Below, piece by piece: positions 41,360 through 43,608 of a stretch of 43,608 nucleotides of DNA. This DNA comes from Octopus bimaculoides (lineage: Eukaryota). Made by a program: the position numbers and the translations under genes. Position 1 is the stretch's first letter; each line of letters opens with the position of its first letter. The DNA lies in NCBI RefSeq assembly GCF_001194135.2, contig NC_068990.1, forward strand, positions 8,321,271 to 8,364,878, read 5' to 3'. The notes below the pieces were generated by a model. The model was not told where the DNA came from. It saw only the letters and a list, made by a program, of their open reading frames with translations, and searched no databases.

Positions 41360-43608
41360 TAACGACCATCAAGTCGTTCATATCAACACCGACCAATCCA
41401 TTCTCACCATCTTTCACAAGCATTTTACATATAATCGAATCAAAAGAAGTAACACTCAACACAAGTGTCTTAATCAAGAGTGCGTACTTTGGAGGTGTTT
41501 TGCAAATAAGCACAAAACCTCACGCTTGAAACTCCTAACAATGTGCGAAACTAACTTGTAACCGATGAAAATGATGACATTCTGGTCATATAACGAGATT
41601 TACGACTGAAGTATCGCAAATAATGCAAAAGGAATATTGTTTCTGTTCTAAAGGCATATTTCACAGAGATACCCTAGCAAATTAATATTAAAAAAACCCA
41701 AAATACGGTAGGACATTCTTATAAAGTTTGGAGAGGCAAATATTCCAGGTCTATATGTATCGCTGGTGGCCTCAAATAGTTAGCTAAGATAGAATCTCAG
41801 AAAGAAATGTACCTGAGACTGAAAACGAACACTGAAGAGAAAGAATGCATTACGAAAACACAAAAATCATTGAGTATACAAGAGACCCAGAATTAACATG
41901 TGCAACATAAGTGACAAATCGAAACCCTATAACTGCTCATTTCTGACCAAAAAACAACCAAACCAAATTTCTGAAAACAGAAATATACGTAAAATTTAAA
42001 TGACGAATAGTTAAAAATAAGACATTCTAAGGACAAAAATCATAACCTTGACATATTTGAACTGGATATGCAAGAATTGAACACAACAGATTTAGAACTG
42101 GATATGCAAGAAATGAAAATAACAGATTTCCTTTTAGACCAAGATACGATCCACACGAGAATGAAATGCAATGACATTGTTGCAACAATAACAAAACATA
42201 CACTTGGCTATCCATGACTCAATTATGACAGATACACACATTAACTATATAACGCTAAACTGGCATATGTTCTGCAACAACTTCTGTGTTTGAATGGAAA
42301 TCAGGCGCATTCTTAGATTCACTCAAGTATGAGTATCAAATCCCAAGCAAACGATATGGAAAACAAATATTCAGAAAACGACAGAAAAGAAGAGAAAGCA
42401 TCTCTTAACCGCTGATGTAATCAATAACAGAACGCCATTGAAAGAAAACGTGAGAAAAATATTACAGAAATATAACATGACAAGGAAATCAAGAATCTGA
42501 AACAAGTGATCCTCACTAAATCGCAGAGATACCATTGTAAAACGACAATAGTTATTTGAAGAAAAAACAAGAATTGTTATTTGAAGAAAATAGATAGTTC
42601 AGAACAAACTCAAAGTAATAGTATCAAGACCTTTCGTATCAAAACCAAATAGTAGCCACGGAAACACCATCAGTACCAGAAGTAGAAGAGAGGAATAGGG
42701 AGCTAAAAGCTCACTACGGATAAGATCGACCAAAACAAGAAGCACAGCATTTGAACAAACGGTTATTCAAAATAAAGGAAGGTGCAAATAAATCATTACA
42801 AAAAAAAAAAAGGAAACAACTGGAAGGCTTCAGGACATCGGGAAGATGCACAACTGTTTAAAAACCTTTGAGCAGGGACACGTATAGTGCAGACAGAGAA
42901 AGATAATGGGATGCTTTCCAAAATATGGAGAAGGGCTGGATCTCTGATTTATTAAAATGAAAACATTCTTAATCTCCAAATCCCTTAAAACTACATATCC
43001 CTAACATGCTCAGAAACATACGAAGCCTTACGTAAAATTATAATGTAGCAAGAGAACATAGAAGCGGATCACCAAAGATACGATTATAGTACTGCAAATG
43101 CTGAAATTGCTGGAAATGGTTCAACAAAGCTAAAGAAGCAACTGAAAAGTTTGAGCATGTCATAAATTGTGGTTTGACAATATCCAAACACTGGATCCTT
43201 CAACCACTAATCATAATTAAGGTAACAACAAGAATATGCCACGATTGCATGGAGGGACAATGACAAATGAGGAAACTGTAAAGCACTACTTATATCCATT
43301 AGAAGAAATTTGCAAGAGGCTTGTGTCTCTTATTCCACCTATTTTCGATTGGCAGTAATGTCTATTCTCAAACGCAGGATAATGCTAATAATATAGCATA
43401 TAAAAATAAGCTATCGATCGATATTTTGCAGAAGAATGTGTCGACGGCCAGCCATGAGACACGAACTCACATCCCTGTGATTACGCGTGAAGTGTTTTAC
43501 CATTAAGCTAAACTGATCCAACGACAGGTTCTTCTGCAAACTCAGGATATATATGTCTAGACTTATATTAGCATTGTCTCCTGGTTTGAGAATAAAATAA
43601 TTTCCTTA
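41360..43608 (+). mobile_element. Decayed LINE (APE endonuclease plus RT), running off the window end
   Basis: RT motifs in order: ISLTCSETYEALRKII (~42996, cf. ISLl..yK..kII), LKKQLKSL (cf. DlkKAFD), RNLQEACVSYSTYF (~43304, cf. GvrQGc.lSp.lF), RYFAEEC (~43419, cf. FADD). Many stops. Confidence 0.7.
42059..42130 (+). repeat. 36-bp tandem duplication inside the LINE remnant
   Basis: gaactggatatgcaagaaWtgaaMaYaacagattt occurs twice. Confidence 0.85.

Overview
AT-rich, microsatellite-dense eukaryotic DNA from a gapped draft assembly (9 N-gaps). The SINE families and the repeat landscape look like a coleoid cephalopod, most likely Octopus (inference from recalled repeat consensus, not a search). 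No intact protein-coding gene was found, and most long ORFs in the track are microsatellite or N read-throughs. Translating the AT-rich sequence between repeats by hand, across stops and frameshifts, shows LRR, LRR-CT (NPFxCxC-like), transmembrane/juxtamembrane and TIR motifs, repeatedly in the correct order on one strand. I interpret the window as a dense array of about 10-12 heavily decayed, apparently intronless Toll-like receptor (TLR) pseudogenes or fragments, mostly on + with two on -. They are interrupted by SINEs, LINE remnants (R4/Dong-like, RTE, L2/CR1-like, Penelope-like), a Tc1 transposon, hairpin elements and microsatellites. Pseudogene boundaries are approximate (roughly +/-150 bp). 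Short LRR-like motifs arise by chance in AT-rich DNA, so confidence rests on the strongest motifs and on domain order.
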